The notes beneath the pieces are model-generated. The model worked only from the letters and a program-made list of their open reading frames with translations, did not search any database and was not told the origin of the DNA. A DNA stretch of 64,000 nt from Alphaproteobacteria bacterium (GTDB taxonomy: Bacteria; Pseudomonadota; Alphaproteobacteria; SP197): NCBI GenBank assembly GCA_965228895.1, contig OZ245842.1, positions 3,200,001 to 3,264,000 on the forward strand, in the 5' to 3' direction. Positions 8,767-17,767 of the stretch are shown piece after piece. How positions within the stretch are numbered: position 1 is the first letter of the stretch; every line of letters begins with the position of its first letter. The position numbers were made by a program, and so were the translations under genes.

Positions 8767-8789
8767 ACACATTCGATCACGTCTTCGCG
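8767..8789 (-). promoter_or_regulatory. Conserved upstream motif, copy 2
   Basis: Plus-strand ACACATTCGATCACGTCTTCGCG; 84 nt upstream of lipoprotein B. Confidence 0.6.
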
Positions 8790-9029
8790 CATCGTCTTGC
8801 CCGCGCCGGGCCTTCCTTAACGGTCAGATATGGTGGGCTATCCCAGTGCTTCGGATCCGATCTGTCCCAAACGTTGTGGAATCTCGACCTAAGCGGTTGA
8901 AACGGTTGAGCTCAACAGGAGGTTTCGTCACCATGATTCCGATACGCGGTCGGCTCGCCGCGGCACCGTGGTGTCGACAAGGCGAGCGAGGAGGACGGCC
9001 GAACACGGGCGCAAGTGTAAGGGGGAACA

Positions 9030-10517
9030 ATGAGTTGCTTGGCTGGCGTGTCGACGATGGTGTGCCGTGTTCTTTTTGTTGGCGGCATGATCGCTATAGC
9101 CTTAGGCAGCCAAGCCTTCGCGGACGATCCGCCGCCCGGCGACCCCCTCGTCAATCCGCCGGAGTTCGAGATCATCAACGGTGCCGCGACGGGAACTCTG
9201 GTTGTCGACTGGGGTCCGGTCGAGGTCGGCGGCGAGGTGATCAACACCATCGCCTACAACAATGTGTACAGCCCGCCGCTGATCCGTGTGGCGCGCGGCG
9301 GTTCGATCGACCTGACGCTGACCAACAACCTGACCAACCAGTACACCAACATCCACTTTCACGGCATGCAGGTCTCGCCCAAGGGTGATTCCGACAACAT
9401 CTTCCGGCTGACCGACGCGGGCGAGACGAACCGCTATCACGTCGAGATCCCGCTTGCCCATCAGCCGGGTCTCTACTGGTACCACTCGCACGGTTATGAG
9501 GTGTCGCAGCGCCAGGTCATCGGTGGCTTGTCGGGCGGCATCATCGTCGAGGGCATCCTGGATCCCTTCCCCGAGCTGGCCGGCATCCGTGAACAGGTCA
9601 TGCTGCTGAAGAACACACGCACCCTGTTCGGCGATCTGCCGAACGTGTCGGTAACCGACTATCCGTCCTATCGCATGATCAACGGTCAGGTGAACCCGAC
9701 CATCGACATTCAGCCTGGTGAGCTGCAGTTCTGGCGCTTCGGCAATATCGCCGCCAATCAGTACTTCCACATCAAGCTGGACGGCCACCAGTTCCACATC
9801 ATCGCGCGCGACGGCAACCTGGGCACCGAGGTCCAGACGGTCGACGAACTGTTCATCGCGCCAGCCGGCCGTGTCGAGGTTCTGGTGCGCGGCGGCGATG
9901 CCGGCACCTACAAACTTCACATGTTCAGCACGACCACCGGACCCACAGGCGATCAGTACGAGCCGACAACGCTGGGCACCATGGTGGTGGCCGGCGAGCC
10001 CGTCGAAGGCCCGCCCCTGCCGGCCAACTTCCCGCCGGTGCGCGATCTGCGCGATCTGACGATCACCGAGGAACGCGAGATCGTCTTCTCAGAGGACGAC
10101 CGCTACTTCTACGTCAACGGCGCGAAGTTCGACTATGACGTCGTCAACACGGTGGTGCCGTTGGGCGCGATCGAGGTCTGGACGATCTCCAACCCGACCG
10201 AGGAGCTGCACGCCTTCCACATTCATCAGCTGGACTATCAGGTCATCGAGATCAACGGCGAGCCCGTGCCGTTCTATGGTCACCAGGACACGGTCTCGGT
10301 TCCCATACGCGGCGAGGTCAAGGTCATCATTCCGTTCGATGATCCCGTGATCCTGGGCAAGTTCGTCTATCACTGCCACATCCTGGAGCACGAGGACGGC
10401 GGCATGATGGCCGCGATCGAGGTGGTGCCGCCGGAAGCCTATGACACCGCGCTCTTCCTCTCGGACAAGGGCGGTTTCTGTAACGAGTGGAGCTACTGCG
10501 TTGCCTCGTCCGAGTAA
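9030..10517 (+). CDS. Multicopper oxidase (laccase-like), exported
   Basis: All four copper motifs: HFHG, WYHSH, HAFHIH, HCHILEHEDGGMM; true start may be a later ATG. Confidence 0.92.
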   Translation: MSCLAGVSTMVCRVLFVGGMIAIALGSQAFADDPPPGDPLVNPPEFEIINGAATGTLVVDWGPVEVGGEVINTIAYNNVYSPPLIRVARGGSIDLTLTNNLTNQYTNIHFHGMQVSPKGDSDNIFRLTDAGETNRYHVEIPLAHQPGLYWYHSHGYEVSQRQVIGGLSGGIIVEGILDPFPELAGIREQVMLLKNTRTLFGDLPNVSVTDYPSYRMINGQVNPTIDIQPGELQFWRFGNIAANQYFHIKLDGHQFHIIARDGNLGTEVQTVDELFIAPAGRVEVLVRGGDAGTYKLHMFSTTTGPTGDQYEPTTLGTMVVAGEPVEGPPLPANFPPVRDLRDLTITEEREIVFSEDDRYFYVNGAKFDYDVVNTVVPLGAIEVWTISNPTEELHAFHIHQLDYQVIEINGEPVPFYGHQDTVSVPIRGEVKVIIPFDDPVILGKFVYHCHILEHEDGGMMAAIEVVPPEAYDTALFLSDKGGFCNEWSYCVASSE

Positions 10518-11640
10518 GCGAGCGAGGGGCTTTTCCAGCGTCGCGCGCGCTGCCGCAACAATGGGCTTCCTGGCCGGTCCGGTCCCGACGACACCGGCCG
10601 TCGCCCAGGAAGGTGTCTATCCGAACGTTCAGGTCACGATCCCCGTCCAGATCCAGAATGACTGGTTGATACACCGCAGCGACGGGTCGGCCAGCAACTC
10701 GCTGAACGCGGACATCGAACCGGAGATCGACCTGCTGTTCTCGCAGGACCTGATCTTGACGACCCATGTCACCTTCGACCAACAGAACGATCCCGGCCCC
10801 GGTGATTTCTGGATCTTTCAGAACCAGGAACTCTATGTTGAAGAGCTTTACCTGCGCTACCGCCCGCAGCGGTACGACTTCCTGATCGGCAAGTTCGATG
10901 TGACCTTTGCGCAAGGTCCCAACCTGGCGCCCGGTATCTACGGCACCGATTTCATCGACGACTATCAGGTCAACGAGAACTGGGGCGGCCAGGTCGGCTA
11001 TCGCTTCGGCGGGACGGAAAGCGGCACGCATACGTTCCTCGCCTCAACGTTCTTTGCCGACACCACGGTCTTGAGCGAGGCGTTGATCACCGGGCGCCCG
11101 CGTCTTCGCCTGTCCGATGGCGGACCCGGCAATACCGAGGATTTTTCGTCCTTTGCCATCAACTATTACGCCACCGCCTTTCCAAACACGGGCCTGGAGT
11201 ACAGCCTGGGCTTCGTTCAGTTGGGCCGAGGCCAGGGCGATGTCTCGTCCGAACAGGGCTATACCGCCGGTCTGACCTGGTCGATCCCGCTGGTCGACAG
11301 CAACGAGGCGACACTTTCGAACAATTTCGTCGAGCTGCGGCCGTTCGCGGAGATCACCTATTTCGACAACGCGGGCGGTATGGAGGGCGCGGAGACAACC
11401 TATGTCTCGGCCTTCATGGAGCTGTTCTACGGCCGATGGGATATCTCGGCGGGCGGCACCTATCGCAGCAACGGCAACCATTCGGGCGGAACCGGCACCG
11501 ACGACTATCTGGTCACCGGCACGGTCGGCTACAACTTCGATGGCGGCCTGGGTCTTTGGGCAGGTTACCGCTTCCAAAAAGACAGCGGCGTGCGCAGCAA
11601 CGGACCGGGCGTCCAAATGACCTATCAACTTCAGTTCTAG
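10501..11640 (+). CDS. Outer-membrane beta-barrel protein
   Basis: Putative TTG start after GGAG, overlapping the oxidase stop; signal ending AVA|Q; aromatic/Gly-rich strands; C-terminal YQLQF. Confidence 0.75.
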   Translation: MPRPSKRARGFSSVARAAATMGFLAGPVPTTPAVAQEGVYPNVQVTIPVQIQNDWLIHRSDGSASNSLNADIEPEIDLLFSQDLILTTHVTFDQQNDPGPGDFWIFQNQELYVEELYLRYRPQRYDFLIGKFDVTFAQGPNLAPGIYGTDFIDDYQVNENWGGQVGYRFGGTESGTHTFLASTFFADTTVLSEALITGRPRLRLSDGGPGNTEDFSSFAINYYATAFPNTGLEYSLGFVQLGRGQGDVSSEQGYTAGLTWSIPLVDSNEATLSNNFVELRPFAEITYFDNAGGMEGAETTYVSAFMELFYGRWDISAGGTYRSNGNHSGGTGTDDYLVTGTVGYNFDGGLGLWAGYRFQKDSGVRSNGPGVQMTYQLQF

Positions 11641-11661
11641 TTCGGGCCTGCGCTAAGCCGC

Positions 11662-11690
11662 TTGCCTGCCGCGCGCCAAGCGGCTAGAAG
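11662..11690 (+). promoter_or_regulatory. Candidate sigma70 promoter for the yjhX leader
   Basis: TTGCCT-N17-TAGAAG. Confidence 0.4.
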
Positions 11691-11716
11691 GCCGGTCGTC
11701 TTTTTTCGGAGAGTTT

Positions 11717-11743
11717 ATGTCAGAGGCCGTTGTCATCGGCTGA
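11717..11743 (+). CDS. 8-codon leader peptide MSEAVVIG, toiL-like
   Basis: GGAGAG RBS; ATG TCA GAG GCC GTT GTC ATC GGC TGA; complementary to the downstream RBS region. Confidence 0.7.
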   Translation: MSEAVVIG

Positions 11744-11864
11744 CGGGTTTCCGTCCTTCGTAAACCCGTCGTCTTGAACCCCCGTCGTGGGCTTGGCCCG
11801 CGGGCCGCGTTTGCGTCCGCGCCCGGCGCGCGGTGGCGTTCCCGTATGACAATGGACCGAGATC

Positions 11865-12122
11865 GTGAATATTTCCCGCGACCAGCAGCGCGTGCTCCAC
11901 GCGCTGGCGCAAGGCGCTATCATTCGTTACGAGCGCAACCTGAAAGGCAAGATTGCCGAAATTGAATGTGTGACCCGTGAAGGCTGGCTGCTGAGCAACT
12001 GCACCATGGCGGTGTTCCGTGCGCTGAAGCGCAAGGGATTGATCGCCTCGCAGAACAGCCAGCCCTATCGTATCACGCGAAAGGGACTCAGTGCCGTCAG
12101 GCCCCAGGTCGACAACCGCTGA
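11865..12122 (+). CDS. yjhX: YjhX/TopAI family (UPF0386) toxin-like protein
   Basis: [52 protein letters not shown] family signature. Confidence 0.9.
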   Translation: MNISRDQQRVLHALAQGAIIRYERNLKGKIAEIECVTREGWLLSNCTMAVFRALKRKGLIASQNSQPYRITRKGLSAVRPQVDNR

Positions 12123-12219
12123 AGTGGCGTTTTGCGTTGAGGACGTCGCCGGCCGGGCGCAGTATTCGCCGGCGTCCGGCCGGCCACGTCTTACCCCAGC
12201 ACCACGAAGGGTCACCTTG

Positions 12220-12795
12220 ATGGCAGCAATCACTTCGCTTCACCCGGCGATCGACAAGGGGCTGACCACGGGCGATGCCAACTTTGCCGGCGGCACGCTC
12301 ACATGCCGCTGTGCGGACGACCCGGTCAAGGTGACGGTGGCAAGCCAGGTCGCGTACAACCATCTTTGCGGCTGCACGAAATGCTGGAAACCCGGCGGTG
12401 CGCTGTTTGCATTGATCGCCGTCGTGGCGCGCGATGATGTGGCGGTTACGGAGAACGGCGACAAACTCACCGTCGTCGACCCCGAGGCGTCTATCCAGCG
12501 CCATGCCTGCAAGGACTGCGGCGTCCACATGATTGGCCGCATCGAGGACGAGACGCACCCGTTCTTCGGCTTGGATTTCGTCCATACCGAACTTTCCGAC
12601 CAGACTGGCTGGCAGGAGCCACAGTTCGCGGCCTATGTGTCTTCGATCATCGAAGCGGGTACCGACCCCGACGACATGTCAGCTATCAGAAAGCGGCTCA
12701 ACGACGTTGGCCTTCCGACCTATGACTGTTTGTCGCCGCCGTTGATGGACGCGATCGCCGTACATGTTGTCAACGCCGCAAACGTTGTGCGTTAG
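12220..12795 (+). CDS. gfa: S-(hydroxymethyl)glutathione synthase
   Basis: [56 protein letters not shown]. Confidence 0.92.
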   Translation: MAAITSLHPAIDKGLTTGDANFAGGTLTCRCADDPVKVTVASQVAYNHLCGCTKCWKPGGALFALIAVVARDDVAVTENGDKLTVVDPEASIQRHACKDCGVHMIGRIEDETHPFFGLDFVHTELSDQTGWQEPQFAAYVSSIIEAGTDPDDMSAIRKRLNDVGLPTYDCLSPPLMDAIAVHVVNAANVVR

Positions 12796-13315
12796 CTCAA
12801 AGCCCCGTTGGATTGCGCCAGCGCATATCGCGGCGCCGTGATCAACCGGATGACGGACGGACATCCCGGCAGTAACGTTGTGTATCTAGCGACGTTACTG
12901 ACCGTGAAAGCGGTAGACCGCTTGATCGACCGCGTCTGCCGCTCGCGTGTGAACCGGCCTGCGCGAGTTAGGCGGATAGTAAATCACGACAACCTCAACC
13001 AGCAATGCCAGTCACGTTACTTTGAATCACGGCCACTTTACTTCAAAACAAATAGTGGGTCACAACACGACACACGAAAGTGCTTCGTCTGTAATGAACC
13101 GTGATTTTCCAAGACTCCGGTCGGCGGCGCTTAATCGCGCCTGGTGTCCACGGGAAGGGGAAGCTGTGGGCCCGGCAAGTAGAGCACGTGAATGGTCCCG
13201 TCGCCGCCGAAATCGGGTGGCCGGCGGCTGGATCGGGTCCGGGCGCTTCATTCATCTCACTCCCCCAAACACCTTTAAAGCTGCACAAATGTGCCAACTT
13301 TGGAGGGTTGGGATT

Positions 13316-14527
13316 ATGAAAAAGGAGCTACTACTGGGAACCACCGCGATGGTTTCGGTTGGCTTGGTAGCCGGACAAGCGTCCGCCGCCGAGCCGATTG
13401 AGCTTAGTTTTGGTGGCTACCACAATTGGGCGGTGTTCCTCACGCAAAACGACGACAGCGCGGGCAACGGTGTTTCGATTCCGAACGAGCCCGGCTTTAA
13501 CAAAGGCGACCACGACATCAAGTTCGATGGCGAATTGCAGGTCAGAGGCAGCACTGTTTTGGATAACGGCCTCGAAGTCGGTGTTCGCATCGAGATCGAG
13601 GGCGAGACCCAGGCCGATCAGATGGACGAGAACTACGCCTACATCGAAGGCTCGTTCGGTACCTTCCGGATCGGTAACGACGACCCGGTGTCTTATTCCA
13701 TGGCAACCGCCGCGCCTTACATCAACTATATATTCTCGGCCAACACGCCGACGGTGTTCGCTAACGGTCTGTCCCAGTTCTTTGCTCAGACGACCGGTCT
13801 TGCCCGTTCGCGTTTCGCGGCTGGTGTGAGCGCAACATTCGCCACGTTCCCAAATCAAACGTTTGACGATGCGCGGGTGATGTACTTCTCGCCGGTGTTC
13901 AACGGCTTCCAGTTCGGCGCCTCCTATGCGCCGAACAACACCGAAGCCGTTCCGTCAACTGTGTATCTCTTGCCAGTCCTGGTCGGTGGCACATCGACGT
14001 CGCCTGCCGGTACGCACGGTGAGACCTGGTCGGTCGCCGCGCGCTATGACGGTGAAATCGGTGACTTCGGCCTGACGGTTGCGGGTGGTTATCTTGAAGT
14101 CATGAACAAGGCCATCTCCAACTTACCAACTGGTCTGGGCAACACGGACTCTGAGTCATGGAACGCCGGTATCGTGTTGTACTATGGGAACTGGGGCCTG
14201 GGTGGATCATATCTAAGTACCGATGACAACTTCAATGTCGCAGGTACAGATACTGAAGCCTATGACATTGGCCTGTCGTATTATGCTGATGGACCTTGGA
14301 GCGCTGGTATCTACTGGTTGCATCAGGAGTTCGACTATGCTCCTGGTACGCTTGTTGCCGGCGCCGTCACCGACGAATTCGATGCGTACCGTATCCTCGG
14401 TCAGTACGACCTGGGTCCGGGCATCGCCGTTACCGGCGCTCTCGGTTTCGACCAGTTCGAAGACGGTGTGGTCAATCGCGACTACGACACCTACTTCGGC
14501 GGCGCCGGTCTGATGATCTCGTTCTAG
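13316..14527 (+). CDS. Alphaproteobacterial porin
   Basis: MKKELLLGTTA signal; LDNGLEVGVRIEIEG, YFSPVFNGFQFGASYAP, YDLGPGI; terminal F. Confidence 0.92.
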   Translation: MKKELLLGTTAMVSVGLVAGQASAAEPIELSFGGYHNWAVFLTQNDDSAGNGVSIPNEPGFNKGDHDIKFDGELQVRGSTVLDNGLEVGVRIEIEGETQADQMDENYAYIEGSFGTFRIGNDDPVSYSMATAAPYINYIFSANTPTVFANGLSQFFAQTTGLARSRFAAGVSATFATFPNQTFDDARVMYFSPVFNGFQFGASYAPNNTEAVPSTVYLLPVLVGGTSTSPAGTHGETWSVAARYDGEIGDFGLTVAGGYLEVMNKAISNLPTGLGNTDSESWNAGIVLYYGNWGLGGSYLSTDDNFNVAGTDTEAYDIGLSYYADGPWSAGIYWLHQEFDYAPGTLVAGAVTDEFDAYRILGQYDLGPGIAVTGALGFDQFEDGVVNRDYDTYFGGAGLMISF

Positions 14528-14566
14528 ACCTTCTGGACTTTGTGCAGCACTTTCCTTGCGCAAACT

Positions 14567-14604
14567 GGAGCCCCGCTGCGCCCTCAACGCCGCGGGGTTT
14601 CCTT
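14567..14604 (+). terminator. Probable porin terminator
   Basis: GGAGCCCCGC..GCGGGGTTTCC stem followed by TT. Confidence 0.5.
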
Positions 14605-14653
14605 ATGACACCCTGATCAGACGAGCATTGGACAGCCAGCCGGCTTCCGGTAA

Positions 14654-15376
14654 ATGGGGGTGATGGCGCGAGCAAAAGATGGCAACAAGAAACGACCGGC
14701 CAGGCGTCGCATGCGCCTGTGGCAGCGTCTGCTGGCACTGGTGTTCGTCGTGGTCGTGGTGCTGCCGGTCGTGCTGATCGGCGTGTTCGCCGCCGTGCCG
14801 CCGCCGGTAACGCCGTTGATGCTGATCCGCCAGGCCGATGGCTATGGCATCGACAAGACATGGGTGTCGCTGGAGCGTATCTCACCCCACCTGCCCGACG
14901 CGGTCATCGCGTCGGAGGACAACAACTTCTGCAGCCATAGCGGCTTCGACTGGGGCGAGATCGAAAAGGCGGTCGAGACCTATCAGGACGGCGGCCGCCT
15001 GAGGGGCGCCAGCACGATCACCCAGCAGACGGCGAAGAACCTGTTCCTGTGGCCCGGCCGCAGCTTCGCCCGCAAGGGAATCGAAGCCTGGCTCGCCGTG
15101 CTGCTCGACCTCCTGTGGAGCAAACAGCGGATCCTTGAGGTCTACCTGAATATCGTCGAGTGGTCGGGTGGCGTCTATGGCGCCCAGGCGGCCGCCTATC
15201 ACTATTTCGGCAAGCCGGCGAGCGCGCTGACCCAGCGCGAGGCTGCCCTTCTGGCGACCGTGCTGCCCAATCCGCTGCAGCGCTCGGCGTCCAACCCGAC
15301 GGGAACGCAGGCGAACCAGGCCAATGTCATCGTTCGCCGCATCGGCCAGCTCGGACCGCTGCTGGATTGTTACTGA
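14654..15376 (+). CDS. mtgA: Monofunctional peptidoglycan transglycosylase
   Basis: IASEDNNF..HSGFD, RGASTITQQTAKNLFLW, ILEVYLNIVEW, LPNP. Confidence 0.95.
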   Translation: MGVMARAKDGNKKRPARRRMRLWQRLLALVFVVVVVLPVVLIGVFAAVPPPVTPLMLIRQADGYGIDKTWVSLERISPHLPDAVIASEDNNFCSHSGFDWGEIEKAVETYQDGGRLRGASTITQQTAKNLFLWPGRSFARKGIEAWLAVLLDLLWSKQRILEVYLNIVEWSGGVYGAQAAAYHYFGKPASALTQREAALLATVLPNPLQRSASNPTGTQANQANVIVRRIGQLGPLLDCY

Positions 15377-15424
15377 CAGACCGGCCGTTGTGTTAGGCTC
15401 CGTGACCCTGATGGGAGCTTAACC

Positions 15425-16063
15425 ATGGGCCACAGCGATCACCCGGTTGGCCACATCGTCAGCGACGACACCTTGCCGCCCGGTGCGCCGTGGAGCGGCG
15501 TGGTCGAGGTCGGCGCGCGGTTGCGTGTCGTCGATCTGGAGGGTCATCAGGGCGTCGACTTCCTGTGCTACAACGCCGACGATCCGACCGAGCGCTACAA
15601 CGCGCCGAACACGGTCAAGGCGGCCGGCAACATCACGCTCAACGCCGGCACCGTGCTCTATTCCGACCGGGCGCGTCCCATGATGACGGTCGAGGGCGAC
15701 ACCTGTGGCGGTCATGACACAATCGGTGGCTGCTGTTCGTCGTGGAGCAACGCGATGCTGTACGGCGTCGAAGGCGTGCCGGGCTGCCGCGAGAACTTCC
15801 TCAAAGCCATTGAACCCCACGGCCTTGGCTGGCGCGATGTGGTGCCCAACATCAACTTCTTCTGTTCCGTTCCGGTCGGCGAGAATGGTGCGCTGGCGCC
15901 CGGCGTCTTCGCAACCAGCCGTTCGAAGGCCGGCGACTATGTCGAGCTGGCCGCCGCCATGCGTGTGCTGGTGGCGATTTCCAACTGTCCGCAGGTCAAC
16001 AACCCGTGCAACGATGGCGCGCCGACGCCGATACGCGTGATCGTGCACACGAGGGATGACTGA
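15425..16063 (+). CDS. DUF1989 urea carboxylase-associated protein
   Basis: DLEGHQGVD, HDTIGGCCS, C.ENF, NINFF, ISNCPQVNNPCN. Confidence 0.9.
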   Translation: MGHSDHPVGHIVSDDTLPPGAPWSGVVEVGARLRVVDLEGHQGVDFLCYNADDPTERYNAPNTVKAAGNITLNAGTVLYSDRARPMMTVEGDTCGGHDTIGGCCSSWSNAMLYGVEGVPGCRENFLKAIEPHGLGWRDVVPNINFFCSVPVGENGALAPGVFATSRSKAGDYVELAAAMRVLVAISNCPQVNNPCNDGAPTPIRVIVHTRDD

Positions 16064-16828
16064 ATGATTGCAGCGAACAACAGCCGGGGCATCGCGCGCC
16101 TGGGCATCGTGGTGCCGGTCTCCAACACGAACCTTGAACCGGACATGGTTATGCTGCGGCCCGATGGCGTCTCGTTGCATTTTGCGCGCGCCGGCGGTTA
16201 TGACATCGACCAGATCCCGGACTCAGAGCAAATGCGCAAGTTCGCCGACGCCACGCTGGACGAGGTCGTCGACGGTCTAAGAGCGGCGCTTGCCGACATG
16301 GTCCTTTATGGCTGCACGTCGGCAACCCTGTCACATGGCCCGGCCTATGACCGCGCCTTTGTCGAGCGAATCGAGACGCGAGCCGGCGTCCCCGCGATCA
16401 CGGCCGCCAGCGCGGTCGTCGAGGCGGCGCAGGATCTGGGCGTCGCGAAGGTCGGCTTCTGCTCGCCCTATACCGAACAGCTCAACACCGAAGCCGCCGC
16501 CTTTCTGGGCGCCTGCGATATTGAGGTGGTGAGCGATGCTTATGTCGGCGAAGACCTCGGCAACTACGGTCAAAGCGCGCTGACGCCCGACGACGTGTTC
16601 GTGCTGGGTTGTCGTGCCGACAGCCCGGGCGCCGAGGCCATCGTCCTGACGTGCACGGATATGCGCGCGGTGGAGGCGATCGATGCGCTGGAAGCGCGCC
16701 TGAAAAAGCCGGTCATCACCAGTAACCAGGCGCTTGTGTACACCGCCATCAAGCGTCTTGGCCTGGACGGGCGGGTTCCCGGCACGCTTGGCGAGAGAGT
16801 GACGGAAGCGGTGCGCGCGGCCGAATAG
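16064..16828 (+). CDS. Maleate isomerase / Asp-Glu racemase superfamily protein
   Basis: GIVVP.SNTNLEPD, YGCTS, LTCTD, KPVITSNQA. Confidence 0.9.
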   Translation: MIAANNSRGIARLGIVVPVSNTNLEPDMVMLRPDGVSLHFARAGGYDIDQIPDSEQMRKFADATLDEVVDGLRAALADMVLYGCTSATLSHGPAYDRAFVERIETRAGVPAITAASAVVEAAQDLGVAKVGFCSPYTEQLNTEAAAFLGACDIEVVSDAYVGEDLGNYGQSALTPDDVFVLGCRADSPGAEAIVLTCTDMRAVEAIDALEARLKKPVITSNQALVYTAIKRLGLDGRVPGTLGERVTEAVRAAE

Positions 16829-17011
16829 ACAGCGACCGGCTTTGCCGCTGGAAACCGCCGCATCAATCGGCGATGATCGGGTGTCAGGCTAACGCCTGTT
16901 GCCGCCACCTGAGCAACCGTGGTGATGGCCTTCGTCTGGCACATGTGATGAAGGCAGACAAGCGGCTCACTCTTGGACCTAACCGCAGACACGTCACCGG
17001 CAAGCGATAGC

Positions 17012-17767
17012 ATGGCGCGGCTTTCCAATGGCATTCGCCTGGCGACCTGGAACATCCACTCAGGCATCGGCAGCGACGAGCGCATGGACATGGATCGCGT
17101 GGTGTCGGTGATCGACGCGATCGAGCCCGACATCATCGGCTTGCAGGAAGTCGGCTGGCACCGCTCCCATCATTCGAAGGTCGATCAGTTCGCTTTTCTG
17201 CGGGAGAAGACCGGCTATCACGTGGTCGAGGGCCTGTCGCGCGACCCCCTGCGCTCGCAGTTCGGCAACGCGCTCCTGACACGCTTCCCGGTCACCAGCC
17301 GGCGCTGGGTCGACCTGAAGGTACTTGGCCACCCGCCTCGCGCCGCCGTTGCCGGCGAGATCGGCGATCAGACGACGCAAGTCTGCGCCGTCGTCACCCA
17401 CTTCGGCCTGACGCCGCCGGAACGAGAGATGCAGGCAAGGCGGCTGTTGGATGTCTTCGCGCCCGAAAGCAACGGCTCGCCGCCAACCGTCATCCTGGGT
17501 GATTTCAACATGGTGCGCGAATCGACGCGCGCATCGCGCCTGCTGGGCGAGCACTTTTCAACCTGCGTCGCGGCGCCAACCTATCCCTCCTGGCGGCCGG
17601 TGCTGCCGCTCGACAGGATCTATCTCTCCGCGCATTGGAAGGTTCGCGAGGTCCGCGTGATCGATAGCGATCCGGTCAGCACGGTGTCCGATCATCTTCC
17701 CCTGGTCGCCGATGTCGAGCTTGTGGCCCAACCGGCCGCGCTCACAGCAGTGGACTTGCCAGCCTGA
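17012..17767 (+). CDS. Endonuclease/exonuclease/phosphatase family protein (YbhP-like)
   Basis: ATWNIH, GLQEV, FGNALL, GDFN, LDRI, SDHLP. Confidence 0.9.
   Translation: MARLSNGIRLATWNIHSGIGSDERMDMDRVVSVIDAIEPDIIGLQEVGWHRSHHSKVDQFAFLREKTGYHVVEGLSRDPLRSQFGNALLTRFPVTSRRWVDLKVLGHPPRAAVAGEIGDQTTQVCAVVTHFGLTPPEREMQARRLLDVFAPESNGSPPTVILGDFNMVRESTRASRLLGEHFSTCVAAPTYPSWRPVLPLDRIYLSAHWKVREVRVIDSDPVSTVSDHLPLVADVELVAQPAALTAVDLPA

Noticed and set aside
8447-9388. 313-aa ORF
   Set aside because: Arg-rich and motif-free; overlaps lipoprotein B antisense and the oxidase out of frame
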